Positions 42,388-55,523 of a stretch of DNA of 64,000 nucleotides are shown piece by piece. Under the pieces are notes generated by a model. The model was not told where the DNA came from. It saw only the letters and a program-made list of their open reading frames with translations, and searched no databases. The position numbers and the translations under genes were made by a program. Source of the stretch: an uncultured Lachnospiraceae bacterium (GTDB taxonomy: Bacteria > Bacillota > Clostridia > Lachnospirales > Lachnospiraceae); NCBI GenBank assembly GCA_910588815.1, contig CAJUQY010000001.1:60016-124015 (forward strand), given 5' to 3'. Position 1 is the first letter of the stretch; each line of letters starts with the position of its first letter.

Positions 42388-43622
42388 ATATGTATGAGAT
42401 CATGGAAGCGCTTCGGGAAGACGTGGAGGTTCCGGATATCGTTCAGAGGAAAGCGGACGAGGCGCTGGAACAGATTCGAAAGGCGTGCGGAGCGGAGGCG
42501 GGAAACGCTTCTGCCCACGGGAAAGGAAGGAAAATGAGCAGAAAAGGAAGAAAGAGACTGGCAGTCTGCATGGCGGCGGCTATTTTGGCGGTCGGCGGAA
42601 CCTGCATAGCGGCAGCTTACCGGGGACTTAGCCGGAGCACGGAAAAGGATATGAACATTTCCGCGGAACAGAAGGCGGGATTTGAGAGTCAGGCGGCGGA
42701 AAAAGAAGCCGTGAAGGGGGAAGCGGAAAAAACGGGGGAGACAGAGAGCGGGGAAAATGACACTCTCGTGACCTTTCCGGAGGTGTCTGCGACAGACAAG
42801 GGAGTCACCATTACCCTGCAGGATTGTATTGTGGACAATTATAACGCAAGGCTGACCTTCCGCATTGACGGCTATGAGCTTCCTCAAGTGCCGGAGGAGG
42901 CGGCATTTTACCAGCCGGAGGCGTTTTTTAATATCACTGTGGACGGCGAAGGACCCCGGGGGAGCATGAACATGGGCTTTTATGACGGAAGCTATGTGGG
43001 GGACAATCTTGAGAGTGTGCAGGACGAGTCCATCCGGAATTGTCAGTTTGCGGACGGCTCCATGGAATATACGATCCGTTTTGATTGCCGTGAAAAAGGG
43101 ATTTACATGAATAAGCCTGTGCGGGTGGAATTTACCGGCATCGGCTATTCTATGGAGAAAGCAGGCGAGGCATATATGGATCTGGAGGGGAGCTGGGTTT
43201 TGGAATGGACGCTCCAGGGCTGTGATGATGTTTACGAGGCAGATGTTGAGAACGGAGCCATCGGCGATACGGGAGCAACGCTTACCCATGTGGAGCTGTC
43301 ACCGATCTCGGCCAAGGTGCTGATTGACTTTCCCAAGCAGGAGTATGAGGAGGAGATCGAGGGCGGCGGTTCTCACACCACGTGGGTGGAGCCGGCGGAT
43401 CTTAGGGGCGTGAAGCTTAAAGACGGAACGGTGTATCACTATGCATGGATGGGCGGAGGCGGTTACAGCGGCTACAGGGAATCGGATACCATCTGTGAGA
43501 TGGTCCGCCACGGCAGCCGGGTCGTGGACATCGACCAGGTGGAATACCTTCTCTTTTTTAAGGATTATCCGGAGGATGGCAATGTCACCGACGACAATTT
43601 CTGGTTCGTGAAGATCCGGTGA
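42384..43622 (+). CDS. Putative anti-sigma factor (single-pass membrane protein, DUF4179-like)
   Basis: It overlaps the sigma gene stop by 4 nt. The TM segment 'LAVCMAAAILAVGGTCIAAAY' sits near residue 60, with a large extracytoplasmic domain. Confidence 0.55.
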   Translation: MNMYEIMEALREDVEVPDIVQRKADEALEQIRKACGAEAGNASAHGKGRKMSRKGRKRLAVCMAAAILAVGGTCIAAAYRGLSRSTEKDMNISAEQKAGFESQAAEKEAVKGEAEKTGETESGENDTLVTFPEVSATDKGVTITLQDCIVDNYNARLTFRIDGYELPQVPEEAAFYQPEAFFNITVDGEGPRGSMNMGFYDGSYVGDNLESVQDESIRNCQFADGSMEYTIRFDCREKGIYMNKPVRVEFTGIGYSMEKAGEAYMDLEGSWVLEWTLQGCDDVYEADVENGAIGDTGATLTHVELSPISAKVLIDFPKQEYEEEIEGGGSHTTWVEPADLRGVKLKDGTVYHYAWMGGGGYSGYRESDTICEMVRHGSRVVDIDQVEYLLFFKDYPEDGNVTDDNFWFVKIR

Positions 43623-43779
43623 GAATTCCCGAAAACTTTGGGGAAAACAAATGTTTATTAACGCTTGCCGTCGGGGCCGGAAGAAAAAATAACAATTAAT
43701 CATATTAGTTCTTGCGCAGAAGGAAAAAAAAGTGTATAGTAAAGGAGGAGTCAATAAATAAATAATAAGGAGAGGTATT

Positions 43780-44808
43780 ATGGACAGAAAAGAACTGGTA
43801 TTAAAAACATTCCACAATGAGCCCACGGACAAGCTTCTGGTAGGTTTCTGGCATCATTTCCTGGAGGATGAGCTGGTAGACGGCCTTCACAATCCGGAGT
43901 ACATTGCAAAGAATTTGGAGGGGGCTAAGAAGTTCAAAGAGGAGTTTGACCCGGATTTTGTAAAGGTCATGACAGACGGATACTTCTTTATGCCTTTTAA
44001 CTATGAAGATATGAACTGCGCCGCTGATCTTAAGAACCTGAAAGCTACGGATGAGATGGATCTGTATCTGGAAAAATGTGTGGAATTTGCAAAAGCCACA
44101 AGGGAGATTTACGGAAACGATGTGCTGATGTATTACAATGTATTCTCCCCCACCTTCCAGATCAATCACAGGATGAACCAGACGCATCCCCTTATGACGG
44201 CGGGCAAGCTGGAGGCTCCCATTGTCCAGCTGGTCAAGGAGGATCCGGAGGCAACTCAGGCGGCTCTTGACCTGGTGGCAGATTATACGGAAAAGCTGAT
44301 TGACATGATCGTCGGCGCCGGGATTATGGACGGCATCTATTTCAGCGTGTCCTGCTTTAACCGCGGTATTTCCCCCGCAGTTTACAATAAGTATGTGGCG
44401 CCCGGCGAGAAGAGGATCATCGCAAAGGCCAACTCCTATGCGAAGGACAATCTGCTTCATATCTGCGGATGGAGAGGAAATCTTAATAATCTTTCTATCT
44501 ATACAGACTATGACTGCAGCGTGATTAACTGGGCAGTACATGCAGAAGAGGTTTCTGTTGCGGAAGGCAAGAAGATGTTCGGCGGCAAGTGCGTGATCGG
44601 CGGCTTCGGAAACAACAATACCGACCTGATCTGCACCGGAACCAAGCAGGAGATCCAGGATTATGTAGAAAAGATCGTGGACGAAGCAGGAACTACCGGT
44701 ATCATCATCGGTGCAGACTGCACGACCCATCTGGATACGCCGGATGAGCATATCCACTGGGTATATGAGAAGGCGGCGGAGATTTCCGAGAGGCTTCTGA
44801 AGAAATAA
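43780..44808 (+). CDS. Uroporphyrinogen decarboxylase (URO-D)-family protein, MtaA/CmuA-like
   Basis: 342-aa ORF with 'RKELVLKTFHNEPTDKLLVGFW' and an overall URO-D-like pattern. Assigned from memory. Confidence 0.6.
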   Translation: MDRKELVLKTFHNEPTDKLLVGFWHHFLEDELVDGLHNPEYIAKNLEGAKKFKEEFDPDFVKVMTDGYFFMPFNYEDMNCAADLKNLKATDEMDLYLEKCVEFAKATREIYGNDVLMYYNVFSPTFQINHRMNQTHPLMTAGKLEAPIVQLVKEDPEATQAALDLVADYTEKLIDMIVGAGIMDGIYFSVSCFNRGISPAVYNKYVAPGEKRIIAKANSYAKDNLLHICGWRGNLNNLSIYTDYDCSVINWAVHAEEVSVAEGKKMFGGKCVIGGFGNNNTDLICTGTKQEIQDYVEKIVDEAGTTGIIIGADCTTHLDTPDEHIHWVYEKAAEISERLLKK

Positions 44809-44851
44809 GCCGGAGCGGTTCGGGCCGACGGGCAGATGATTTCAAATTTTT

Positions 44852-44885
44852 CGGAGACGGGAAGAGATTCCCGTCTCCGTTTTTG
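44852..44885 (+). terminator. Rho-independent terminator
   Basis: The stem cggagacggga / tcccgtctccg is followed by ttttt. Confidence 0.6.
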
Positions 44886-44924
44886 CATATATATAGATGA
44901 TCGGACTTAAGGGGAGGCATTCCT

Positions 44925-45620
44925 TTGAAAAGATGTGTGGAGTTTGTTATGGGCGTGGTCCTTCTGCTGGCCGTGTTTGTCCTGTCGGGCCCGGCTGCGG
45001 GAGTCCTGTGGAACGGGAGTGCGGCCGTATCCGGCGGGGCAGCGCCGGTGGTGGCGCTGGATGCGGGACACGGAGGGACAGATCCGGGAAAGATCGGCAT
45101 CAATGAAGTACTGGAAAAGGACATCAACCTGGCCATCACATTAAAGACAAAGGAACTTTTAGAAAAAGAGGGGGTACAGGTGGTTCTGACCAGAAAGGAC
45201 GACGGCGGGCTTTACAAAGAGACAGACGGCAATAAAAAGCGGGCGGATCTGAACAGGCGCTGTGAGATTATTGAGGAGAGCCGGGCAGACTTTGTGGTGA
45301 GCATCCATCAGAACAGCTACAGCGACGGCGCCGTTCGCGGGTCACAGATGTTCTACTATAAGAACTCGGAGAAGGGAAAGCAGCTGGCGGAAATTCTTCA
45401 GAAGGTATTTAATGAGTCCGTCAGCGGCAGGGAACTGAAAGCAAAAGAAAATGGGGAGTATTACATGCTGCTCCACGTGTCCTGTCCCATTGTCATCGCG
45501 GAATGCGGCTTCCTCAGCAATTGGGAGGATGCGGAAAAATTACGGACGGAGGAATACCAGGATGAGGTGGCGGAGGCCCTGACGAAGGGGATCCTGCAGT
45601 ACATAGAGGAGGCCTTCTGA
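44925..45620 (+). CDS. N-acetylmuramoyl-L-alanine amidase (Amidase_3, CwlD-like)
   Basis: TTG start with SD aaggggagg, then a signal/anchor helix. 'VVALDAGHGGTDPGK' and 'ADFVVSIHQNSY' are Amidase_3 motifs. Confidence 0.8.
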   Translation: MKRCVEFVMGVVLLLAVFVLSGPAAGVLWNGSAAVSGGAAPVVALDAGHGGTDPGKIGINEVLEKDINLAITLKTKELLEKEGVQVVLTRKDDGGLYKETDGNKKRADLNRRCEIIEESRADFVVSIHQNSYSDGAVRGSQMFYYKNSEKGKQLAEILQKVFNESVSGRELKAKENGEYYMLLHVSCPIVIAECGFLSNWEDAEKLRTEEYQDEVAEALTKGILQYIEEAF

Positions 45621-45686
45621 AAATTTCTTTAATTTTTACGAATACTGGTCTTTCCATTTTGGGAAAAGGGTGCTATACTGAGTTTT

Positions 45687-46763
45687 ATGATGATAACGAA
45701 GCTGGTAAGGATAGACGAACTCCATATGGATGAGTCCGCCATCGAAGAGGCAGGGCGGGTGTTGGCAGGCGGGGGCCTGGTGGCCTTCCCTACGGAAACG
45801 GTGTACGGCCTGGGGGGAAACGGGCTTGATGAAGATGCCGCCGCAAGGATCTATGCGGCAAAAGGGCGCCCCTCGGATAATCCGCTGATCCTTCATATCA
45901 CGTCCATGGAGGAACTTGTTCCGTTGGTTGCCGAGATTTCCGAGACGGCATTGGTTTTGGCAGAGGCATTTTGGCCGGGACCGCTGACGATGATCTTTAA
46001 GAAAGCGGAGTTGGTTCCTTATGAGACTACGGGGGGACTTGATACGGTGGCAGTGCGGATGCCGTCTCATCCGGTTGCGAGGGCCGTCATCCGGGCGGCG
46101 AAAGTTCCCGTTGCGGCTCCAAGCGCCAATACTTCCGGGCGGCCCAGCCCCACGAAGGCGCTCCATGTGCTGGAGGATCTGGACGGGAGAGTGGATATGG
46201 TCGTGGACGGCGGGGAAGTGGGAATCGGACTGGAATCGACTATCATCGATATATCTGAAGGGCGGCCGACGATCCTGAGGCCGGGGTATATCACGGAAGA
46301 GATGCTTTTTCCGCTGATCGGGAAGGCGGAGGTGGACGCGGCCGTCAGGGGAATTCCCGAGGAGGATGCGAGGCCGAAAGCGCCTGGTATGAAATACCGC
46401 CATTACGCGCCGAAAGCAGAGATGACAGTGTTCCTGGGAAGCCCGACAGAGGTGTGCGGGGCCATTGAGGGGGCGCTTGCCCAGGCCGCGGCGGAGGGGA
46501 GGCGGGCCGGTGTCCTCTGCACGGAGGAGACGGAACGGTTTTACGACGCTCCGGTGAAAAAATGTGCCGGCAGGAGGAATGAGCCGGAGAGTGTGGCGCG
46601 GAGTCTCTACGAGGCGCTCCGGGCTTTTGACAGGGAACAGGTAGACTGCATATTTTCAGAAAGCTTTGAAGACAGCCCCTTAGGCGGGGCGATCATGAAC
46701 CGTCTTTTAAAGGCGGCGGGATACAGAACAGTAGGGTGTGGAGAATTTACGTCTGTCAGGTGA
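45687..46763 (+). CDS. L-threonylcarbamoyladenylate synthase (Sua5/YwlC type, TsaC + Sua5 domain)
   Basis: 'LVAFPTETVYGLGGN' and 'AAPSANTSGRPSPT' are YrdC-family motifs. The 358-aa length includes the Sua5 C-terminal domain. Confidence 0.85.
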   Translation: MMITKLVRIDELHMDESAIEEAGRVLAGGGLVAFPTETVYGLGGNGLDEDAAARIYAAKGRPSDNPLILHITSMEELVPLVAEISETALVLAEAFWPGPLTMIFKKAELVPYETTGGLDTVAVRMPSHPVARAVIRAAKVPVAAPSANTSGRPSPTKALHVLEDLDGRVDMVVDGGEVGIGLESTIIDISEGRPTILRPGYITEEMLFPLIGKAEVDAAVRGIPEEDARPKAPGMKYRHYAPKAEMTVFLGSPTEVCGAIEGALAQAAAEGRRAGVLCTEETERFYDAPVKKCAGRRNEPESVARSLYEALRAFDREQVDCIFSESFEDSPLGGAIMNRLLKAAGYRTVGCGEFTSVR

Positions 46764-46817
46764 CAGGATGCCATGCCGGATGCACATTGTCAATGAGAAA
46801 AAGTCAGGAGTGATGGT

Positions 46818-47294
46818 ATGTCAGCAGTGAAGAGGGTTATTTTCGTCTGTACGGATAATACCTGTCTGAGCAATATGGCGGCGGCCGTATTCGAGGGCGT
46901 CCGTGGAGAACGGGAAATCGAGGTGATGTCCAGAGGGCTGGTAGTGCTCTTTCCGGAACCGATCAATCAGAAAGCAGTAGCGATACTGACAAGCCACAGA
47001 CTTGTACTTCTGGCTGACGAGGCAAAGCCGCTGGAAAGTACGGATTTTATTCCGGGAACGCTGGTGCTTACCATGACGGGAACGGAGCGGGAGCAGGTGA
47101 AGGAGCGGTTTCCGGATATGCCGAATATCTATACCCTCCGGGAATTTGCCGGGAGGGACGGCGATATTACAGAGCCCCTTGGAGGGACTCTTGCAGACTA
47201 CGGGGCCTGCTATGAGCATATAGATCTGTTTACGAAGGTGGCGGCAGAGATTATATTTAAGGAGGAAGAGCAGGATGATAGCGCTGGGATGTGA
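46818..47294 (+). CDS. Low-molecular-weight phosphatase (YwlE)-like protein with degenerate active site
   Basis: 'VIFVCTDNTCLSNMAAAVF' aligns with the LMW-PTP P-loop 'V/ICTGNxCRS', with G->D and R->L changes. 'DITEPLGG' replaces the 'D.DP.GG' acid loop. Confidence 0.7.
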   Translation: MSAVKRVIFVCTDNTCLSNMAAAVFEGVRGEREIEVMSRGLVVLFPEPINQKAVAILTSHRLVLLADEAKPLESTDFIPGTLVLTMTGTEREQVKERFPDMPNIYTLREFAGRDGDITEPLGGTLADYGACYEHIDLFTKVAAEIIFKEEEQDDSAGM

Positions 47295-47703
47295 CCATGG
47301 CGGCTATGAGCTGATGCAGGAGGTCATGGCGTGGCTTGACAAAAATCATTTTGAATATAAGAATTACGGCTGTTTTGGCAGGGAGGCGGTGGATTACCCC
47401 GTCTATTCCAGGCTGGTGGGACATGCCGTGGCTGACGGTGAGTGCGAGAGGGGGATCCTGATCTGCGGCACCGGCATCGGCATTTCCATTGCGGCCAATA
47501 AGATCAAAGGGATCCGGGCGGCACTCTGCTCCGACTGCTTTTCCGCAGAGGCGACCAGGCTTCACAACGATGCCAATATCCTGGCTATGGGAGCCAGGGT
47601 GGTGGGGCCGGGCCTTGCGCTTAAGATCGTGGAGACCTTTTTGAAGACTCCTTTTTCCGGTGATGAACGCCACGCAAGGCGGATCGGCCTCATCGAAGAT
47701 TGA
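47275..47703 (+). CDS. rpiB: Ribose-5-phosphate isomerase B
   Basis: 'MIALGCDHGGYEL' and 'ICGTGIGISIAANK'. Confidence 0.9.
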   Translation: MIALGCDHGGYELMQEVMAWLDKNHFEYKNYGCFGREAVDYPVYSRLVGHAVADGECERGILICGTGIGISIAANKIKGIRAALCSDCFSAEATRLHNDANILAMGARVVGPGLALKIVETFLKTPFSGDERHARRIGLIED

Positions 47704-47711
47704 GGGGGGAG

Positions 47712-48206
47712 ATGCATATGGGCGGAAAACGTCAGGATTACATTTCCTGGGATGAATATTTTATGGGAGTGGCAGAGCTTTCGGCCATGCGCTCCAAGGA
47801 TCCGGGCACTCAGGTCGGCGCCTGTATCGTCAGCCCGGACAACAAGATCCTTTCCATGGGTTACAACGGATTTCCCAAGGGCTGTCCGGACGACGAGTTT
47901 CCCTGGGAGAGAGAAGGGGAGGATCCCTATGAGACAAAGTATTTTTACAGCACCCACAGCGAGCTGAACGCGATCTTAAATTACCGCGGCGGCAGCCTGG
48001 AGGGCAGCAAGATGTATGTGACCCTGTTCCCCTGCAATGAATGTGCCAAGGCGATCATTCAGAGCGGGATCCGAACCATCATTTACGCAGATGATAAATA
48101 CGGCGATACGCCTGCGGTGCGGGCGTCCAAACGGATGCTTTTATCTGCGGGAGTGGAGCTTAAGCCTTATGAACCGACAGGCAGGCGTCTGGAGGTACTT
48201 GTATGA
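47712..48206 (+). CDS. dCMP deaminase (ComEB-type cytidine/deoxycytidylate deaminase)
   Basis: 'HSELNAI' and 'PCNECAKAI' are zinc motifs. An ATG at 47712 or 47718 follows the SD aggggggag. Confidence 0.85.
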   Translation: MHMGGKRQDYISWDEYFMGVAELSAMRSKDPGTQVGACIVSPDNKILSMGYNGFPKGCPDDEFPWEREGEDPYETKYFYSTHSELNAILNYRGGSLEGSKMYVTLFPCNECAKAIIQSGIRTIIYADDKYGDTPAVRASKRMLLSAGVELKPYEPTGRRLEVLV

Positions 48207-48445
48207 ACAGAAAGCACAGGGAGCTTGCGCGCTGCCTGTCTTTAGTGAGCCAGCTCGGGATCACCATGCTGACGCCGGTGGTCCTGTGTGTGATGCTCGG
48301 GGTCTGGCTGGATAACAGGTTTTCTACGTATTTTACACTTCCTCTTTTGATCCTGGGGATCCTGGCCGGAGGAAGGAGCGCTTATCTTTTGGCGAAGAGG
48401 GCGGTCCGGCCGGACGAGGAAGACGAGGAGAATGGCGATGATTAA
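48203..48445 (+). CDS. AtpZ/AtpI-family small membrane protein
   Basis: 80-aa ORF with two TM helices ('LGITMLTPVVLCVMLGVWL', 'LPLLILGILAGGRSAYLL'). It is the first gene of the atp operon. Confidence 0.6.
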   Translation: MNRKHRELARCLSLVSQLGITMLTPVVLCVMLGVWLDNRFSTYFTLPLLILGILAGGRSAYLLAKRAVRPDEEDEENGDD

Positions 48446-48848
48446 ATATGTCGGCCAGGTGGTGCGGGAGGTGCTCCTTGGCATCGGACTATGGGGGCTT
48501 ATCGGGGCTGGTGTGATCCTGGCTGTCTGGGGCCTTTCCGACGGGATCTTATATGGGTTCCTTCTTGGCGTTTTTCTGGCGGCCGGATATTTTATCCATA
48601 TGGGCGTTACCCTGGAAACCTCCGTGGATATGATGGAGGAAAAATCAGCGAAAAACCATGCGGTCCGGGCCTATTTGATCCGGGTTTTAGCCGGGGCGGT
48701 GATCCTTGTGCTGGCCTGGAAATCCGGCTGGTTCAATATGCTGGCAATTCTTGCCGGTCTTTTCACTCTGAAGCTTGGAGTGTATATAAGGCCGTTTATT
48801 CACATGGCTTTCTGTCACTTTGGAATCTGCAAAGATTCTGAAGGCTGA
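48432..48848 (+). CDS. atpI: ATP synthase protein I-like membrane protein
   Basis: 138-aa ORF with 4 hydrophobic helices, upstream of atpB. Confidence 0.55.
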   Translation: MAMIKYVGQVVREVLLGIGLWGLIGAGVILAVWGLSDGILYGFLLGVFLAAGYFIHMGVTLETSVDMMEEKSAKNHAVRAYLIRVLAGAVILVLAWKSGWFNMLAILAGLFTLKLGVYIRPFIHMAFCHFGICKDSEG

Positions 48849-48918
48849 AAGATAAAATGCGGCTGTTTCATGGCAGCCGCAATCAAAAACCTATTTCAAT
48901 AGAGAAAGGGGTGAGGGC

Positions 48919-49614
48919 ATGAGAATGATTTTATGTGAAGCAGATTTCGCCATTAAAGGCCTGGCAAGCTATCAGATGTTCGGACAGACGTTCTGGCTGA
49001 CTTCGACCCACGTTTCCATGATTATCGTGACGGTCGTGCTATTGATCTTTGCATTTGCAGCGAACCGCTGTATGAAAAGAGCTAAGGATGTGCCGACAGG
49101 CTTCCAGAATGTGGTGGAAATTGTTGTCGAGATGCTCGGAAACATGGTCAAGACCAATATGAAGCAGCCGAAGAAATTCATGAATTATATCGGAACGCTG
49201 TTTTTGTTTATCCTGATCTGCAACCTGTCGGGGCTTCTCGGGCTTCGCGGGCCAACGGCAGATTACGGCGTGACGCTTTGCCTGGGACTCATTACCTTCT
49301 GTCTGATTCAGTACAATGGGATCAAGTGTCAGAAGGCCGGGCATTTCAAGGCGCTGTTTGAACCGATTCCGCTGTTTTTCCCGATCAACCTGATCGGCGA
49401 GATCGCGACACCGATTTCATTGTCATTGCGTCTGTTCGCCAATATGCTGGCCGGAACCATCATAATGGCGCTCTGGTATGGAATCATACCGATTGTAGTT
49501 GCAAAGCTGGCAATCCCAGCGTTTCTGCATGCGTATCTGGACCTGTTTTCCGGGTGTATCCAGACGTACGTGTTCTGTATGCTGACTATGGTATATGTGG
49601 ACGACAAAATGTAG
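48919..49614 (+). CDS. atpB: F0 ATP synthase subunit a
   Basis: 'SLSLRLFANMLAG' carries the conserved Arg of subunit a. Confidence 0.85.
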   Translation: MRMILCEADFAIKGLASYQMFGQTFWLTSTHVSMIIVTVVLLIFAFAANRCMKRAKDVPTGFQNVVEIVVEMLGNMVKTNMKQPKKFMNYIGTLFLFILICNLSGLLGLRGPTADYGVTLCLGLITFCLIQYNGIKCQKAGHFKALFEPIPLFFPINLIGEIATPISLSLRLFANMLAGTIIMALWYGIIPIVVAKLAIPAFLHAYLDLFSGCIQTYVFCMLTMVYVDDKM

Positions 49615-49917
<303 letters not shown>

Positions 49918-49957
49918 AGCTTATCTTTGAGAAGAAAGAGAGAAAGGAGGAGGAGCA

Positions 49958-50511
49958 TTGGAATCCATATTGGCAGCAGGAAGTTTTCTGGTAGCCAGCG
50001 GGGAAACGTACACCAGGATCCTGGGGCTTGACCCGCAGCTCATTCACGATGCCGTTTTGCTGGGCGTCAATATATTTATCCTGTTTTTTGCCTTGTCCTA
50101 TCTGCTTTTCAATCCGGCAAGGGCGATGCTTGAAAAGCGTACCGAGAAAATCCGGGCGGATCTGGATGGCGCCGCAAAGGAGAAGGAGTCAGCCGAGGGC
50201 TTAAAGACAGAGTATGAGGCAAAGCTTAAGGATATCGATAAGGAAGCGGAAGCGATCCTTTCCGATGCCAGGAAAAAGGCCCTGAGAAGGGAAGAAGAGA
50301 TCCTGGAGCAGGCAAAGGCGGAATCCGCGCGCATTATCGAGAGAGCCGGCCGCGAGGCGGAGCTTGAAAAGAAGAAGGCTCTTGACGAGATGAAGCAGGA
50401 AATGATCACCATTGCGTCCCTCATGGCCGGAAAGGCCGTGGCAGGCTCCATGGACGTAAAAGTTCAGGAGGAGCTCATTGACCGGACGTTAAAGGAAATA
50501 GGGGATGAAAC

Positions 50512-50524
<13 letters not shown>
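49958..50524 (+). CDS. atpF: F0 ATP synthase subunit b
   Basis: TTG start after SD aaaggaggagg. An N-terminal TM helix is followed by a long charged helix. Confidence 0.8.
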
Positions 50525-52592
<2,068 letters not shown>

Positions 52593-52596
52593 TCCT

Positions 52597-53466
52597 ATGG
52601 CGACAATGCGAGAGATCAAAAGAAGGAGAGCCAGCATTCAGAGCACGGGGCAGATTACCAATGCCATGAAGCTGGTTTCTACGGTAAAGCTGCAGAAGTC
52701 CAGGGCGAGGGCTGAGAATACCAGGCCTTACTTTGACATGACCTACAGCACCGTCTGCTCCATTCTGGCCCATACGCAGAATGTGCGCCACCGCTACCTC
52801 ATAAAGGGCGCTTCCGAGAAGCAGGCAGTCATTGCCATTACTTCCAACAGAGGTCTGGCAGGCGGCTACAATTCCAACATAGTGAAGGCAGTTCTAGGCG
52901 GAATCGAAGCGGACAGGGCGAAGCTTTACGCCATTGGAAAGAAGGGACGGGATGCTCTGTCAAGAAGGGGCTATACCCTTACGGAGGATTATTCTGACGT
53001 GATCGAAGCGCCTTCCTATGCAGATGCGGCGGCCATCGGAAAGGCAGTCCTGGAGGCCTATCAAAAGGGAGAGGTGGGCGAGATCTATCTGGCTTATACT
53101 TCCTTTAAGAATACGGTCAGCCATGAGCCGAAGTTAATCAAGCTTCTTCCGGTGGAGCTTTCTGAAGAGGAGATCAAGGCAGGAAGCGAAGCCGCAGGAG
53201 AGCGGGAATGTCCGATGAATTATGACGGGGATGAGGAAGAGGTACTGGACGCCCTGATTCCCGGCTATGTATATAATCTGATCTATGGCGGCATGCTGGA
53301 GTCTATCGCCAGCGAAAACGGCGCCAGGATGCAGGCGATGGATTCCGCGACCAGCAATGCGGAAGAGATGATCGAGAAGCTGTCACTGCAGTACAACCGC
53401 GCAAGACAGTCCTCCATCACTCAGGAACTGACGGAGATCATTGCAGGCGCAGAGGCTCTTAATTAG
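52597..53466 (+). CDS. atpG: F1 ATP synthase subunit gamma
   Basis: 'MREIKRRRASIQSTGQITNAMKLVS' and the C-terminal 'ITQELTEIIAGAEAL'. Confidence 0.9.
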   Translation: MATMREIKRRRASIQSTGQITNAMKLVSTVKLQKSRARAENTRPYFDMTYSTVCSILAHTQNVRHRYLIKGASEKQAVIAITSNRGLAGGYNSNIVKAVLGGIEADRAKLYAIGKKGRDALSRRGYTLTEDYSDVIEAPSYADAAAIGKAVLEAYQKGEVGEIYLAYTSFKNTVSHEPKLIKLLPVELSEEEIKAGSEAAGERECPMNYDGDEEEVLDALIPGYVYNLIYGGMLESIASENGARMQAMDSATSNAEEMIEKLSLQYNRARQSSITQELTEIIAGAEALN

Positions 53467-53491
53467 TTAAGAGGTATAGAATAAACAATAA

Positions 53492-54898
<1,407 letters not shown>

Positions 54899-54909
54899 GG
54901 GGTGTGTGA

Positions 54910-55317
54910 ATGGCTTCGGAAAAATCGTTTGAGCTTCGAATCATTACTCCTGACCGGGTGTTTTATGAAGGCAATGCGGAAATGGTGGAAATGGACACCA
55001 AGGAGGGAGCCATCGGCGTTTACAAAAGCCATGTGCCTACCACCTGCATTCTGCGGCCCGGGCTCCTGACTGTCCATCTGGAGGGCGGCGAGGACAAAAA
55101 AGCGGCTCTTCACGGCGGCTTTGTGGAGATCCTCAAGGAGAGCGTCACCGTGCTGGCCGAGGCGGCTGAGTGGCCCCAGGAAATCGACCTGGAGCGTGCG
55201 AAGCAGGCCAAGGAGCGTGCAGAGGCAAGACTTCAGGCCCACAATGAAGATTTGGATGCCGCTAGGGCGGAGATGGCCCTCCGACGTGCGATCACGAGAA
55301 TGAAGGCGGCAAAGTAA
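54910..55317 (+). CDS. atpC: F1 ATP synthase subunit epsilon
   Basis: 135-aa ORF and the last gene of the operon. 'LRIITPDRVFYEG' is typical of the epsilon N-terminal beta-sandwich. Confidence 0.9.
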   Translation: MASEKSFELRIITPDRVFYEGNAEMVEMDTKEGAIGVYKSHVPTTCILRPGLLTVHLEGGEDKKAALHGGFVEILKESVTVLAEAAEWPQEIDLERAKQAKERAEARLQAHNEDLDAARAEMALRRAITRMKAAK

Positions 55318-55341
55318 CAAGATAAAAAAGCAGTGAAAAAA

Positions 55342-55370
55342 ACGGCAGGGAGAAATCCCTGCCGTTTTTT
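55342..55370. terminator. Rho-independent terminator after the atp operon
   Basis: The stem acggcaggga / tccctgccgt has a gaaa loop and is followed by tttttt. An A-run precedes it. Confidence 0.7.
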
Positions 55371-55523
55371 GAAAGGAAATAAATGCGGTAATATGAAAAG
55401 AAGCTGTGCACCGATTGGGTGAGACAGCTCCTTTTTGGTCATATAGGAAAGTCCCTCGAGGGGATCGCGCTGCGGCAGAGTGGAAAAATGCTGCTTATGC
55501 AGCCCGCCTCGGGCGAAGAAACT

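Noticed and set aside
42357-46403. Minus-strand ORFs of 310 aa (42357-43289), 318 aa (43801-44757) and 255 aa (45636-46403)
   Set aside because: Each is antisense to a plus-strand gene with recognisable motifs (anti-sigma, URO-D-like, Sua5). They are shadow ORFs.
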